Of a DNA stretch of 64,000 nucleotides, positions 10,763 to 21,581 are shown in pieces; the first letter of the stretch is position 1, and each line of letters starts with the position of its first letter. This stretch comes from Desulfonatronovibrio sp. (GTDB taxonomy: Bacteria; Desulfobacterota; Desulfovibrionia; Desulfovibrionales; Desulfonatronovibrionaceae): positions 4,307 through 68,306 of the forward strand of contig PWNK01000013.1 of assembly GCA_003557865.1 (NCBI GenBank). The letters are read 5' to 3'. Under the pieces are notes generated by a model that saw only the letters and a program-made list of their open reading frames with translations, ran no database searches and was not told the DNA's origin. The position numbers and the translations under genes are program-made.

Positions 10763-11392
10763 ATGTTAGCCATTCTCGACTACAGGGCTGGAAATCTGAC
10801 CAGCGTCAAAAGGGCTTTGGACCATCTTCATATCCCAAGCAGGATTACCAGTGATCCCCATGAGCTGAAATCCTCGCAGGGAATCATATTCCCCGGGGTT
10901 GGAGCAGCAGGTTCGGCCATGCGTAATCTCAGTGAAAACAGACTGGACGTCTCCATCAAAGATTTGATCCGGGAGGGCAAGCCAATGCTGGGGATTTGTC
11001 TGGGATGCCAGATAATCCTTGATCAGAGCAGCGAGAACAATGCCCGGACTCTGGGCATCATCCCGGGTAAGTGCCAGAAGTTTTCTCCTGATCTTGGGGA
11101 TGAATCAGGCCGGCCCATAAATATCCCCCACATGGGCTGGAACAGAGTCCAGGTCAAGCACGATTGCCCCCTTTTTTCGGGTATCCCCCAGGACTCGGAG
11201 TTTTACTTCGTTCACAGCTACTATCCGGTTCCGGACCCGGCATATCTAATAGGAACCACCAGTTACGGCCTTGATTTCTGCTCTGTATTCGGCCGAACCG
11301 GGCTCTGGGCAATGCAGTTTCATCCTGAGAAGAGCGGAAGTCCGGGCCTTAAGATTCTTTCTAATTTTTACTCTTACTGCCTGGAGAAATAG
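10763..11392 (+). CDS. hisH: Imidazole glycerol phosphate synthase, glutaminase subunit
   Basis: [39 protein letters not shown]. Confidence 0.96.
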   Translation: MLAILDYRAGNLTSVKRALDHLHIPSRITSDPHELKSSQGIIFPGVGAAGSAMRNLSENRLDVSIKDLIREGKPMLGICLGCQIILDQSSENNARTLGIIPGKCQKFSPDLGDESGRPINIPHMGWNRVQVKHDCPLFSGIPQDSEFYFVHSYYPVPDPAYLIGTTSYGLDFCSVFGRTGLWAMQFHPEKSGSPGLKILSNFYSYCLEK

Positions 11393-11394
11393 CC

Positions 11395-12174
11395 GTGCTC
11401 AGCAAGAGAATAATCCCCTGTCTGGATGTCCGCGACGGACAGCTGACCAAAGGAGTAAAGTTCAAGGGTAACGTTGATATCGGGGACCCGGTGGAGACCG
11501 CCAGGATGTATTATGAACAGGGAGCTGATGAAATCGTCTTTTATGACATAACCGCTTCAGCCGAAGAAAGAAAAATCATGCTCAGGGTGGTAGAAAAAGT
11601 AGCAGCGAAAATTTTTATTCCTTTTTCAGTTGGAGGAGGAATCAGCTCCCTGGAAGACATGAGGGCCGCCCTGCTTGCCGGGGCTGAAAAAATATCTGTA
11701 AACTCAGCCGCGGTCAAAAATCCCGGCATCATCGCCGCTGGAGCTGAAGCATTTGGTTCACAATGCATAGTGGTGGGCATGGATGTTCTTCAAGTGAGCA
11801 GCTCACAGACCATTCCCTCGGGCTATGAGATAGTCATCCACGGGGGCAGGATGAACACTGGAATTGACGCCCTCTGGTGGGCGAAGGAAGTGGAAAGACT
11901 GGGGGCCGGAGAAATCTGCCTGAACTCCATTGATGCTGACGGAACCAAGGACGGCTATGAGCTGACTCTTACCAGACTCATTGCTGACCATGTGCGGATA
12001 CCGGTTATCGCCTCCGGCGGGGCGGGAAATCCCGGGCACATGGTCGATGCAGTCACCCAGGGACGAGCTTCTGCAGCCCTTATCGCCTCCATTGTTCATT
12101 TCGGAGAATATTCAATACCCGGAATCAAAAAGTATATGCATGAGGCAGGGGTCAAGGTCAGGATGAAGTGGTAA
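11395..12174 (+). CDS. hisF: Imidazole glycerol phosphate synthase, cyclase subunit
   Basis: [39 protein letters not shown]. Confidence 0.97.
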   Translation: MLSKRIIPCLDVRDGQLTKGVKFKGNVDIGDPVETARMYYEQGADEIVFYDITASAEERKIMLRVVEKVAAKIFIPFSVGGGISSLEDMRAALLAGAEKISVNSAAVKNPGIIAAGAEAFGSQCIVVGMDVLQVSSSQTIPSGYEIVIHGGRMNTGIDALWWAKEVERLGAGEICLNSIDADGTKDGYELTLTRLIADHVRIPVIASGGAGNPGHMVDAVTQGRASAALIASIVHFGEYSIPGIKKYMHEAGVKVRMKW

Positions 12175-12177
12175 CAT

Positions 12178-12678
12178 TCAGATAATACCTGAGGTATCTT
12201 CTGAGTCGTAAGTCCCGCTTCGGCCGCCACTTTTATGTACCAGCCGGGAGTTGCTGATTACAATATCCTTCTGCACCGCCTTGCACATGTCATAAATGGT
12301 CATGCATGCCACCTGGGAGGCAACCAGGGCCTCCATCTCAACCCCGGTGGAAGAGCTGGTTCTGGCCTCGGCCTCCACAACTATCCTGGAACCTGACTCA
12401 TCAAGGTAAAAGCGGACATCCACAAAACTCAAAAATAGCGGATGACAAAGGGGTATCAGCCTGCTTGTCTCTTTGGCGGCAGATATCCCTGCGATTTTTG
12501 CTGTAACCAGAACATCACCCTTGGGAATTGCCCTGTCTTTAAGCAGGGCGAATGTTTCAGGCGAAAGCAGGACATCGCTTTGGACTACCGCCCTTCTGAG
12601 GGTATCAGGCTTGCAGCCCACATCAACCATTAAAACCCCTCCATCCCGGTCCACATGAGTCAGCTTCTGCTCCTTCAT
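12178..12678 (-). CDS. moaC: Cyclic pyranopterin monophosphate synthase
   Basis: [40 protein letters not shown]; true start MKEQKLTH at 12678. Confidence 0.95.
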   Translation of the reverse strand: MKEQKLTHVDRDGGVLMVDVGCKPDTLRRAVVQSDVLLSPETFALLKDRAIPKGDVLVTAKIAGISAAKETSRLIPLCHPLFLSFVDVRFYLDESGSRIVVEAEARTSSSTGVEMEALVASQVACMTIYDMCKAVQKDIVISNSRLVHKSGGRSGTYDSEDTSGII

Positions 12679-12685
12679 CCAGTAC

Positions 12686-13789
12686 CTACTCTCCCATGAC
12701 CTTTTTAAAAAAACTTTTGACCTTGTGTCCGGTTTTCTGTCTCTCCAGTCGATCGAACTCCCGCAAGAGCTCTTCCTGCTTCTTTGAAATCTTGGTAGGT
12801 GTCTTGACCCGGACCTGAACCAGAAGATCTCCCTTCTGGGTAGTTCCAGGATGAGGGAGGCCAAGACCCTTAAGCTGTAAAACCTTCCCGCTCTGAGTCC
12901 CTTTAGGAATTTCCATGGTGACGGGATCATCAAGGGTGGGGACTTGGATCTTATCCCCAAGAATGGCCTGGATAAAGGAAATGTCAACGCTCAAAATGAG
13001 ATCCTGGCCCTGTCGCTTGAAAGTCTTGTCATCATCCACAAAGATAACAACATACAGGTCTCCGGGAGGTCCCCCGTGCTCTCCTGGTTCCCCTTCTCCA
13101 CGAAGCCTCAGTCTGCTTCCGTTGTCTACTCCAGCCGGAACTCTGACTTTAATCTTCTTGTTGACTACAACGATTCCCCTGCCCGAACACTCATTGCAGG
13201 GATGCGCAATTATCGATCCCTGTCCGCGACAGACAGGACAGGGCATGGACACCTGAAAAAAACCCTGGGAACGGCGGACCTGTCCCATGCCCTGACAATG
13301 GGCGCATGTTTGAGCTGAATGTCCTGGTTCAGAACCTTCTCCTGAGCACCGAGCGCAGACTTCCCTCTTGGGCAGCTCCAGGTCAACCTCGGTCCCCTTG
13401 GCCGCATCCCGAAAGGATACGTTGAGATTGTACCTAAGGTCAGCCCCTGATCTTGGTCGGGGGCCGGAGTGCCGAGTGCCGAATCCGAAAAATTCACCGA
13501 AAATGTCCGAAAAAGAGCTGAAAATATCTTCTGTTGAACTGAAACCCTCAAAGCCATTATTATTCAAACCGGCATGTCCGAGATGATCATATCTCTGGCG
13601 CTTGTTCGGATCACGCAAAACATCGTAAGCTTCTGCCGCTTCCTTGAACATGCTCTCAGCGTGCGGATCGTCCGGATTCCTGTCAGGATGATACTTGAAG
13701 GCCTGCTTGCGGTAAGCCTTTTTTATCTCTTCAGCATCAGCCTGCCTGGAAACTCCCAGAACTTCATAATAATCTCGTTTTTCTGACAT
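12686..13789 (-). CDS. dnaJ: Chaperone DnaJ
   Basis: J domain with HPD, G/F region, four CxxCxGxG repeats. Confidence 0.97.
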   Translation of the reverse strand: MSEKRDYYEVLGVSRQADAEEIKKAYRKQAFKYHPDRNPDDPHAESMFKEAAEAYDVLRDPNKRQRYDHLGHAGLNNNGFEGFSSTEDIFSSFSDIFGEFFGFGTRHSGPRPRSGADLRYNLNVSFRDAAKGTEVDLELPKREVCARCSGEGSEPGHSAQTCAHCQGMGQVRRSQGFFQVSMPCPVCRGQGSIIAHPCNECSGRGIVVVNKKIKVRVPAGVDNGSRLRLRGEGEPGEHGGPPGDLYVVIFVDDDKTFKRQGQDLILSVDISFIQAILGDKIQVPTLDDPVTMEIPKGTQSGKVLQLKGLGLPHPGTTQKGDLLVQVRVKTPTKISKKQEELLREFDRLERQKTGHKVKSFFKKVMGE

Positions 13790-13791
13790 TT

Positions 13792-14007
13792 CTACTCAAC
13801 CCTGATGCCCGCTTTCTGGATTGACTTTGAGGGCAGAACCTTGCCTGCGGCGATTTCTCTGAGTGCTGTCACTATCTGCTTGTTCTTGCTCTGCACAAGA
13901 GGCTCGTAACCTTCACGGTAATGCTTGAGACGCCTGACAGTCATCTGGACAAGAAGGAACCTGTTGTTTACCTGTTCCAGACAGTCTTCTACGGTAATCC
14001 TGGCCAT
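13792..14007 (-). CDS. rpoZ: RNA polymerase omega subunit
   Basis: MARITVEDCL...NRFLLV...ALREIAAGKV. Confidence 0.95.
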   Translation of the reverse strand: MARITVEDCLEQVNNRFLLVQMTVRRLKHYREGYEPLVQSKNKQIVTALREIAAGKVLPSKSIQKAGIRVE

Positions 14008-14376
14008 ACTAAACCCCTATGATAATAATGCAAAATAAATAATTTTGGAATAACCTATACCTATAGCTTACCTACCAGACAGATGTCAAGAATAAAGATT
14101 AAGAGATAAAGAAAACCACTTGAGTAAAAACAAAAGACCAATTATGGTCATCATTCTCAGCCTGACAGCCAATAAATTCCACGAGAACAATGCGTTTTTT
14201 ATCTGCCATTTGCAAGCCAATAATAAATGTCCCTGCGCATAACTGTATTTTTATCGATATCCCGGGTCGGCTATTATTTTTGCTTCCTTACTCATAACTC
14301 TCAAGTTCTCAGAGTCAACTTGTTATCTGAGCTGAGGGCCGATTCTTAGTGCGGTCAAAAAAAATTATTAATAGCT

Positions 14377-14524
14377 GTATCTGTTTAGCACTTTGCATGT
14401 GGCACGGGGACTGGCTCTCCCGGCACCCAATTGGCGATAAAATATGCATACAACTTCAAAATACAGCTCAAGTGGGTGACGGGGTGCCTGTCCCCTGCTT
14501 TACTTAAAAGCGCTAAACAGATAC
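14377..14524. mobile_element. Nested palindromic MITE-like element, copy A (shell 1: GTATCTGTTTAG ends)
   Basis: TIR GTATCTGTTTAGCACTTT / AAAGCGCTAAACAGATAC; flanks TAATAGCT / TAATAACT (7/8 direct repeat); inner GGGGACTGGCTC...GTGCCTGTCCCC and CCCGGCACCCAATTG...CAAGTGGGTGACGGG; homologous to 49942..50087. Confidence 0.85.
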
Positions 14525-14620
14525 TAATAACTGACTATTGCTTATGATTTTACCCGGCAGGATTAACCTTAAACCACCCAACACCCCTAATGCCGGCAAT
14601 GTTCACGTGGATAGGTTGCT

Positions 14621-15367
14621 ATGGGCTTCAGACAGAAACTGAATTTTGCCCAGAAGACATGCCTTGGGAGATGCGGAAAGCTGATGCAGCAAACCGGCAT
14701 GATCCACCCTGGAGCAAGGATCGGAGTTGCCCTCTCAGGGGGAGTTGACAGCTGGGTGTTGATCCAGGTCCTTCTTTTAAGACAGCGCATCGTTCCCTTT
14801 AAATTTGAATTAATGGCCCTGCACGTCAATCCCGGCTTTGACCCTGACAACCACTCCTGCATGCTGAGCTGGCTGAATAATCAGGGCATTGCGTCACATA
14901 TCCAGTCCACAACTATCGGACCAGAAGCCCATCAGCCCGGGAACACCAAGTCACCCTGCTTTATCTGTTCCTGGGAAAGAAGAAAGGTTCTGTTCAACCT
15001 TTGCCGCAAGTACAGGTTATCACATCTGGCTTTTGGCCATAACAGCGATGATCTGACCACCACGTTTTTCATGAACCTGATGCAAACCGGAAGGGTGGAC
15101 GGTCTCTCGGCAAAGGAACCCTTTTTTAAGGGAAGCCTATCAGTAATTCGTCCCCTTTTAATGGTTGAAAAAAAATACATGCGCAATGCCGCCGGGAAAT
15201 GGAAACTGCCTGTACGGGACAATCCATGCCCGTCTGCGGCCACCGCCGGCAGGGCCCGGACAGAAAGAATGCTTTCTGCAATCTACAGCCAGAACCAAAT
15301 GTACCGAAAAAACATCCGCAACGCTCTTAAGAGATGGCAGCTTGACTTAAACATGAAGCTAAAGTAG
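14621..15367 (+). CDS. ttcA: tRNA 2-thiocytidine biosynthesis TtcA-family protein
   Basis: PP-loop SGGVDS, CFICS, GHNSDD, VIRPL, NPCP. Confidence 0.85.
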   Translation: MGFRQKLNFAQKTCLGRCGKLMQQTGMIHPGARIGVALSGGVDSWVLIQVLLLRQRIVPFKFELMALHVNPGFDPDNHSCMLSWLNNQGIASHIQSTTIGPEAHQPGNTKSPCFICSWERRKVLFNLCRKYRLSHLAFGHNSDDLTTTFFMNLMQTGRVDGLSAKEPFFKGSLSVIRPLLMVEKKYMRNAAGKWKLPVRDNPCPSAATAGRARTERMLSAIYSQNQMYRKNIRNALKRWQLDLNMKLK

Positions 15368-15452
15368 CAGTTTTAAAAGTATTCAAAAACTTTAAGTATA
15401 AACTCATTTTTTGCCTGTAACCTCAGGCAAACAAACCCCGGAGATGTTTTCC

Positions 15453-16355
15453 ATGCTTTTTAAAAAATTCAAGATCTTAATATTCAAGGAAAATAAGGGG
15501 ACCTGCTCTACCATATCCATCCCATACTGGGTATTTCTGCTGACCGCTCTTGTCTTTACAGGCCTTGTGGGAGCAAACATTTATTTCTGGGACTATTACA
15601 ACGGCTTCAAGGCCAAAAACCAGCAGCTGGAGCTGGCCCAGAAAAAGAACCAGGCTCAAAGTATCCAGCTGGCTTCATTTTACTATAAAATCAAGGAGAT
15701 CGAAAAGGACCTGCAAAGGATTCGCGAGTTTGACGACAGGTTGAAGGTCATGCTCAACCTTGAACCAGAAAGCCAGGTCAGCTACCATCCCCTGGGCGGC
15801 TCCACAGAATCCCAGGCCTCAAGTTTATATCCCTTCTATCGCCAGGAGCACCTGGCCAGGAGAATGCACAGCTTCATTGAAGAACTCAGTGAAACTGCTA
15901 AAATTGAGGAAATCAGGCAGCAGGAAATAATCCAGGCCATACAGAATCAAAACGACCTGCTGTCCAGCACCCCGGCCATATGGCCGACCCACGGCTGGGT
16001 CTCCTCAGAATTCGGATACCGGATCTCACCTTTCACCGGACGCAGGGAGCACCACAGCGGACTCGATATTTCCGCCCCCATAGGAACGCCCATCTACGCC
16101 CCGGCGGATGGAACAGTTACCTTTGCCGGCAGGGATGGGGCATACGGCAAATCCCTGGTCATAAATCATGGCAGAGGGGTGACAACCAGATACGCCCACA
16201 TGCATAAATTCCTGGCTGAAATAAACCAGAAAGTTACCAGAGGTGAACTCATAGGATACGTGGGGAATACGGGGCGAAGCACAGGCCCCCATCTTCACTA
16301 TGAAGTCCACCTGAACAACGTGCCGGTCAATCCCATGAGATACATCCTCAACTGA
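15453..16355 (+). CDS. M23 family metallopeptidase with N-terminal TM and coiled coil
   Basis: HSGLDI, YAH, TGRSTGPHLHYEV. Confidence 0.92.
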   Translation: MLFKKFKILIFKENKGTCSTISIPYWVFLLTALVFTGLVGANIYFWDYYNGFKAKNQQLELAQKKNQAQSIQLASFYYKIKEIEKDLQRIREFDDRLKVMLNLEPESQVSYHPLGGSTESQASSLYPFYRQEHLARRMHSFIEELSETAKIEEIRQQEIIQAIQNQNDLLSSTPAIWPTHGWVSSEFGYRISPFTGRREHHSGLDISAPIGTPIYAPADGTVTFAGRDGAYGKSLVINHGRGVTTRYAHMHKFLAEINQKVTRGELIGYVGNTGRSTGPHLHYEVHLNNVPVNPMRYILN

Positions 16356-16428
16356 ACCCCCAACCCTTTTCCCCGGCTGATTAACCAGCCTTCATTACCG
16401 ATGGCTTAAGTCTTGCTTGGCCTCGGTC

Positions 16429-17220
16429 ATGGATCTCTATAATTTCAATCCTGAAACAGTTCTGAGCTTCATGCTCACCCTGTTCAGGATAAGCCTCGTG
16501 GTATTCCTGCTCCCATACTTCGGCGGTGAAGCCATTCCCAGAACAGTCAAGGCTGCCCTGTGCGTTGTCCTTACCCTGGGTCTGTGGCCCTACCTCGCTT
16601 TTGAAGGAAGCTACCTTCCCCAGCATCCCTTTCAGATAGCTGTCTGGCTCTTCGGGGAACTCATGCTCGGCCTTGTTCTGGGTCTGACTGTCAGGTTTCT
16701 CATTGCCTCCATCCAGACGGGAGGGCAGATCATCGGTTTCCAGATGGGTTTTGCCATGGTGAATGTGGTTGATCCCATCACAGGCGTTTCCGAGGCTGTA
16801 ACCGCCCACTTTCTGTACATGACCTCAATGCTTACCTTTCTTGCCTTGAATGGCCACCTTTACCTGCTGAGGGGACTTACCCAGAGTTTTGAGCTCGTCC
16901 CTCCAGGGGCCCTGTTTATCAGTCCGGAACTGGTGACGCAGATCATCTATTTATCCGGTCAAATTTTTGTCCTGGCAGTTAAAATTGCCGCACCAATCAT
17001 TACCGCGGTTTTTCTGGTCAACCTCGGCCTGGCCCTCATTTCCAGGGCAGCGCCTCAGATGAATGTCCTGCTCCTGGGATTTCCGTTAAAAATTGCCATC
17101 GGTTTTCTGTTTCTGGGCATGGTCTTCGAAATAATGTCCATTTACGTGGCTGAATTCATTAATACCCTGGGCGCCGGTTTCTACAATCTTCTTAGAGCCG
17201 GAACCGTCGGACTGCAGTAA
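16429..17220 (+). CDS. fliR: Flagellar export protein FliR
   Basis: GQIIGFQMGF..VVDP, RAAPQMN, GFPLKI; upstream of flhB. Confidence 0.94.
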   Translation: MDLYNFNPETVLSFMLTLFRISLVVFLLPYFGGEAIPRTVKAALCVVLTLGLWPYLAFEGSYLPQHPFQIAVWLFGELMLGLVLGLTVRFLIASIQTGGQIIGFQMGFAMVNVVDPITGVSEAVTAHFLYMTSMLTFLALNGHLYLLRGLTQSFELVPPGALFISPELVTQIIYLSGQIFVLAVKIAAPIITAVFLVNLGLALISRAAPQMNVLLLGFPLKIAIGFLFLGMVFEIMSIYVAEFINTLGAGFYNLLRAGTVGLQ

Positions 17221-17235
17221 AAAAGGGCGCAGACA

Positions 17236-18297
17236 ATGCCCCAGAAAGATCCAAGCAGAACAGAACAGGCGACTCCCAAGCAGCGCCAAAAAGCCAGGAA
17301 GGAAGGCAATGTTCCCAAGAGTCAGGAACTCTCCAAGATTGTCGGGCTTGTGGGAGGAATAATCGCCCTGCGCTTTACTTTCCCGCATATCAGAGATCAT
17401 GTTCTGCACACCGTTGACTGGTTTCTGAACCAGGCCTTTGTCATGCAGTTCAGCCAGGAGAACATCTACTTCCTGTTTATTTTCAGCGGAGCAACCATTG
17501 GTAAAATTGTTTTGCCGGTAATGTTCTTCATCCTCTTTTTCACCATCGGTATCATGTACATCCAGATCGGTCCGCTGTGGACCATGAAGCCCTTGAAACC
17601 CAAGCTAAAGGTGTTCAACATAGTTGAAGGGCTGAAGAAAAAGTTTGTGGATATCAAGACCCTGGTCCGCCTGGTCAGAAATGTTTTCCAGGCCGCAGCA
17701 GTAGCCATTGCTCCCTATATCGTCCTGAAGATGGAATTCTCCAACCTGGCTCCCCTGTTCTATGAGTCTCCGGCTGTAATCGGAAGCTACATTCTCAATA
17801 CCGGATTCAAAATGGCCCTGTTTGCCCTGGTTCCTCTGCTGATTATCGCTGTTGCCGACGTGGTCTACACCAGATGGGACTACAATGAGAATCTGAAAAT
17901 GACCAAAGATGAAGTCAAGGATGAAAGAAAGCAGGCAGAAGGAGACCCCAAAATTAAAAGCAAGCAGAAACAGAAAATGTTCTCTGCTGTTCAGCAGCGA
18001 ATGATGAAGGATGTCCCCAAAGCAGACGTAGTCATTACCAATCCGACCCACATTGCGGTTGCCATAAAATATGATCCCACCGTTGCCCCTGCACCTCTGG
18101 TGCTGGCCAAGGGAGTCAACCACCTGGCCGAAAAAATCAAAGATCTGGCCAGAAAGAACAACATCCCTGTAAGAGAAAACAAACCTCTGGCACAAGCCTT
18201 GTATAAAAGCGTTGAGGTCGGGCAGACCATCCCTGAGGACCTGTACAAGGCGGTAGCAGCTGTCCTGGCGGAAATCTACCGGATTAAAGGCAGGTAA
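17236..18297 (+). CDS. flhB: Flagellar export protein FlhB
   Basis: RTEQATPK, KMTKDEVKDERKQAEGDP, TNPTH autocleavage motif. Confidence 0.96.
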   Translation: MPQKDPSRTEQATPKQRQKARKEGNVPKSQELSKIVGLVGGIIALRFTFPHIRDHVLHTVDWFLNQAFVMQFSQENIYFLFIFSGATIGKIVLPVMFFILFFTIGIMYIQIGPLWTMKPLKPKLKVFNIVEGLKKKFVDIKTLVRLVRNVFQAAAVAIAPYIVLKMEFSNLAPLFYESPAVIGSYILNTGFKMALFALVPLLIIAVADVVYTRWDYNENLKMTKDEVKDERKQAEGDPKIKSKQKQKMFSAVQQRMMKDVPKADVVITNPTHIAVAIKYDPTVAPAPLVLAKGVNHLAEKIKDLARKNNIPVRENKPLAQALYKSVEVGQTIPEDLYKAVAAVLAEIYRIKGR

Positions 18298-18379
18298 GAA
18301 ACCATGGTATGCTTTTTCAGGCAGGTCTGAATAATCCCTTCCAGCCAGAGAATTCAAACCTGAAACAGGTGTCAAATAT

Positions 18380-20479
18380 ATGTCAGTAAAGTCATCAGTA
18401 GCCAATCTTGATTATGCCAGGTTTACCCGGCAGGGTGATATCCTCCTGGCCTCAGGGGTGGTGATCATACTTTTCGTGATGCTTGTCCCTTTGCCCACCA
18501 TCCTTCTGGACATCATGCTCACCTTCAATCTTTCCTTCGCCTTCGTGATCCTGATGACAGCCATGTTCATAAGGACCCCCTTGGAATTCACCATATTCCC
18601 TTCCCTGCTGCTGGTAACCACACTGATGCGTCTGGCCATCAACGTTGCAACCACCAGGCTCATTCTCTTGCATGGAGATACCGGAACAAGTGCCGCGGGA
18701 AAGGTCATCGAGTCCTTTGGAAGCTTCGTGGTAGGGGGGAACTATCTGATAGGCATAGTCATCTTCCTGATCCTCTTTGCTCTGAACAAGATGGTCATCG
18801 CCAACGGAACTACCAGGATTGCTGAGGTGGCTGCCCGGTTCACCCTTGATTCGCTGCCTGGTAAACAGATGTCCATTGAGGCTGATCTTAACTCCGGACT
18901 GATTGACGAACAGGAAGCCAAGTCACAGCGAGAGGCAATCAGGAAGGAGTCGGATTTTTACGGCGCCATGGACGGAGCAGGCAAGTTTGTTTCCGGAGAT
19001 GTCAAGGCAGGCATGCTTATCACGGTCATCAATATTGTCGGCGGGCTGCTCATAGGCATCTTTCAGAAAGGAATGAGCTGGAGCGAGGCCGCTCAGACAT
19101 ACACGCTTCTGACCATTGGTGACGGGCTTGTGGCCACCATTCCTTCCATCATCATCTCCACCTCTGCAGGCATAATTGTCAGCCGGGCTGCTGCCGAGGC
19201 TCAGATGGGACAGGAGTTCATCGGTCAGCTGACAAATCATCCGCGGGCGCTGCGACTTGTTTCAGTAGTGCTTTTTCTCTTCGCCATTGTCCCGGGAATG
19301 CCGACCTATGTATTTCTTCTGCTTTCAGGTTTTTTGTTCATGCTTTCCTATCTGGCTCAAAAAGAAAAAGATAAAGCAGAAGATAAACCAGCCGGAAAGG
19401 GCAGGGAAAAGATCGGAATGGAAACTCCCGAGGAAGTTCATGCCCTGCTGCCCCTTGACGTTCTTGAACTGGAAGTTGGTTACGGTTTGATTCCGCTGGT
19501 GGATGAAGAGCAGAGCGGCAACCTTCTTTCCAGGATCAGGTCCATCCGCAGACAGTTTGCCCTTGACATGGGAGTGGTGATTCCCTCGCTGCATCTCAGA
19601 GACAACCTTCAGCTCAAGCCCGGGGAATACGCGGTAATCATCAAAGGCAACCAGGTCGCCAGGGCGGAAATCATGATTGACCACCTCCTGGCCATGGACC
19701 CCGGAGATGCCAAGCACAGGATAAAGGGCATAGATACCCTGGAACCGGCCTTCAACCTCCCGGCCCTCTGGATTCCTGAAAACAAAAAGGAGGAAGCAGC
19801 CATGGCCGGGTATACTGTTGTAGATCCCTCCACGGTCATCGCCACTCATCTGACCGAAATATTCAAACACAACCTGCATGAATTTCTTGGCAGGCAAGAA
19901 ACTCAGAGCCTTCTGGACAATATTTCTCAAAGAGCGCCCAAGGCTGTTGAAGAACTGGTGCCAGGCATATTAAGCCTTGGAACTGTTCAGAAAGTCCTGC
20001 AGAATCTTGTCCGGGAAAAAGTATCCATCAGGGACCTGTTGACCATTATTGAGACCCTTTCCGACTATGGCCAACAGAGCAAAGATCCGGAACAGCTGAC
20101 AGAATTTGTCCGGCAGAAGATGGGCAAAACAATAGTCAAACCTTATTTGAGTGAAGACGGTACGCTGTCCATCATCACCCTGGAAGACGAAATTGAGGCT
20201 GCTTTTCAGGATGGGTTAAGGCAGACAGACCATGGAACCTACCTGGCCATGGAGCCCAAACTTGCCCAGAAAATCATCCAGGCAATAAGCAAGGTCATGG
20301 AAAAAGCCATTATCGCCGACGGACAGGTGGTGCTTATGACCACACCGGTGGTCAGACCCCATCTTGCCCAGTTGCTGCTGCGCTTTGTCCCTAATCTGCC
20401 GGTAATATCCCAGACGGAAATCCCTTCCAACATCCGGCTGGAATCAGTAAAAACAGTGAGTCTGAAAAATGCAGATTAA
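18380..20479 (+). CDS. flhA: Flagellar export protein FlhA
   Basis: RIAEVAARFTLDSLPGKQMSI, FYGAMDGAGKFV, GDGLVA, VSIRDL. Confidence 0.97.
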   Translation: MSVKSSVANLDYARFTRQGDILLASGVVIILFVMLVPLPTILLDIMLTFNLSFAFVILMTAMFIRTPLEFTIFPSLLLVTTLMRLAINVATTRLILLHGDTGTSAAGKVIESFGSFVVGGNYLIGIVIFLILFALNKMVIANGTTRIAEVAARFTLDSLPGKQMSIEADLNSGLIDEQEAKSQREAIRKESDFYGAMDGAGKFVSGDVKAGMLITVINIVGGLLIGIFQKGMSWSEAAQTYTLLTIGDGLVATIPSIIISTSAGIIVSRAAAEAQMGQEFIGQLTNHPRALRLVSVVLFLFAIVPGMPTYVFLLLSGFLFMLSYLAQKEKDKAEDKPAGKGREKIGMETPEEVHALLPLDVLELEVGYGLIPLVDEEQSGNLLSRIRSIRRQFALDMGVVIPSLHLRDNLQLKPGEYAVIIKGNQVARAEIMIDHLLAMDPGDAKHRIKGIDTLEPAFNLPALWIPENKKEEAAMAGYTVVDPSTVIATHLTEIFKHNLHEFLGRQETQSLLDNISQRAPKAVEELVPGILSLGTVQKVLQNLVREKVSIRDLLTIIETLSDYGQQSKDPEQLTEFVRQKMGKTIVKPYLSEDGTLSIITLEDEIEAAFQDGLRQTDHGTYLAMEPKLAQKIIQAISKVMEKAIIADGQVVLMTTPVVRPHLAQLLLRFVPNLPVISQTEIPSNIRLESVKTVSLKNAD

Positions 20480-21542
20480 AACCTATCGTGGACATTCATA
20501 CTCTGCACTGATTAAAAAAATCAAGGATGACCTTGGAGCGGACGCGGTAATTTTAAGCACAGACTGCGTAAACACCGGAGGCCGGAAAAGCTACGAGGTT
20601 GTGGCAGCCCTGGAAATAAAGCCCGGTTCAGAAGAAGACACCAAACCCGATACAAGGGACCCTGCCGCCCATGACAGGAGCATGGTATATGACGGAGACT
20701 GGAGAATCGAGTGGGAAAACTTTAAAAACAGTTTTTTCAAGATTATCAAAAACAGTGAAACCGGACCAAGTATCACCAAAAGACAGAGACAGGTACTGAA
20801 CTATCTTGAAAAACAAGGGGTTAAGCCGGAAATTATCATGGATTTATGGTCATCCATGGCTGAAAATATCCACCGTCCGACTTTAAAGGTTCTGGGAGAG
20901 CTGGTTCCGACTCATGCCTGGCCTGAGTGCATGAAAAGATCTAAAATCCACGCCTTTATTGGTCCCAGCGGAGCCGGAAAGACATCGACCCTGATTCGAA
21001 TCGCCCTGGAAGAACGCAAGAAAAATCCCAGGTGGAAAATCTGCCTGGTGAACACAGACACCCAGCACGCCGGAGGGAGACTGTATCTCAAACATTACGC
21101 CGCGCTTTCCGGACTGAACTATACAGAAGTCAAAACAGCGGCTGACTGGCAGGATCTGGCTGCCAAAAAACAGGGTTTTGATATGATCCTCGTTGACACT
21201 CCTGGATTTTGTGAACAAAATAAAAGCCTTGAAAAGGAAGAGATTGAGATGCTCAACATCCATTGCCATCTGGTTTTGAGCCCTGTATACGGATCAAGTC
21301 AGATTGACCATTACCTGAGTTTTTCCTGCCATAAAAACGTCAAAAGTATTATGTGGACTAAGGTGGATGAGGCGTGTAATTTTGGAGTAATGGTCAACGC
21401 GTCCTGGAAAACAGGGATTCCGGTTTCATATTTCTCCAATGGAAAAGGGCTTAAGAACTGCTCCGCGCCTGCCAGGCAGGATAATCTATGGACCCTTGTC
21501 TTCAAGAAAAAAATGTCGTCCGGAAACGGCTCATGGGCCTAA
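20469..21542 (+). CDS. flhF: Flagellar SRP-type GTPase FlhF (divergent)
   Basis: MQIKTY N-terminus, GPSGAGKT, DTPG, TKVDE; lies between flhA and flhG. Confidence 0.88.
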   Translation: MQIKTYRGHSYSALIKKIKDDLGADAVILSTDCVNTGGRKSYEVVAALEIKPGSEEDTKPDTRDPAAHDRSMVYDGDWRIEWENFKNSFFKIIKNSETGPSITKRQRQVLNYLEKQGVKPEIIMDLWSSMAENIHRPTLKVLGELVPTHAWPECMKRSKIHAFIGPSGAGKTSTLIRIALEERKKNPRWKICLVNTDTQHAGGRLYLKHYAALSGLNYTEVKTAADWQDLAAKKQGFDMILVDTPGFCEQNKSLEKEEIEMLNIHCHLVLSPVYGSSQIDHYLSFSCHKNVKSIMWTKVDEACNFGVMVNASWKTGIPVSYFSNGKGLKNCSAPARQDNLWTLVFKKKMSSGNGSWA

Positions 21543-21581
21543 ACAGGGAAACAAAAATAACTGTAGAACGAGCTAAGTGAA

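Noticed and set aside
12679-12987. 269-aa MoaC with a long N-terminal extension
   Set aside because: The extension is an alternative frame overlapping dnaJ; MoaC homology starts at 12678.
14399-14416. TGGCACG sigma54 -24 box inside shell-1 elements (also near 49965)
   Set aside because: The GC of the -12 element is one base off the obligatory GG-N10-GC spacing.
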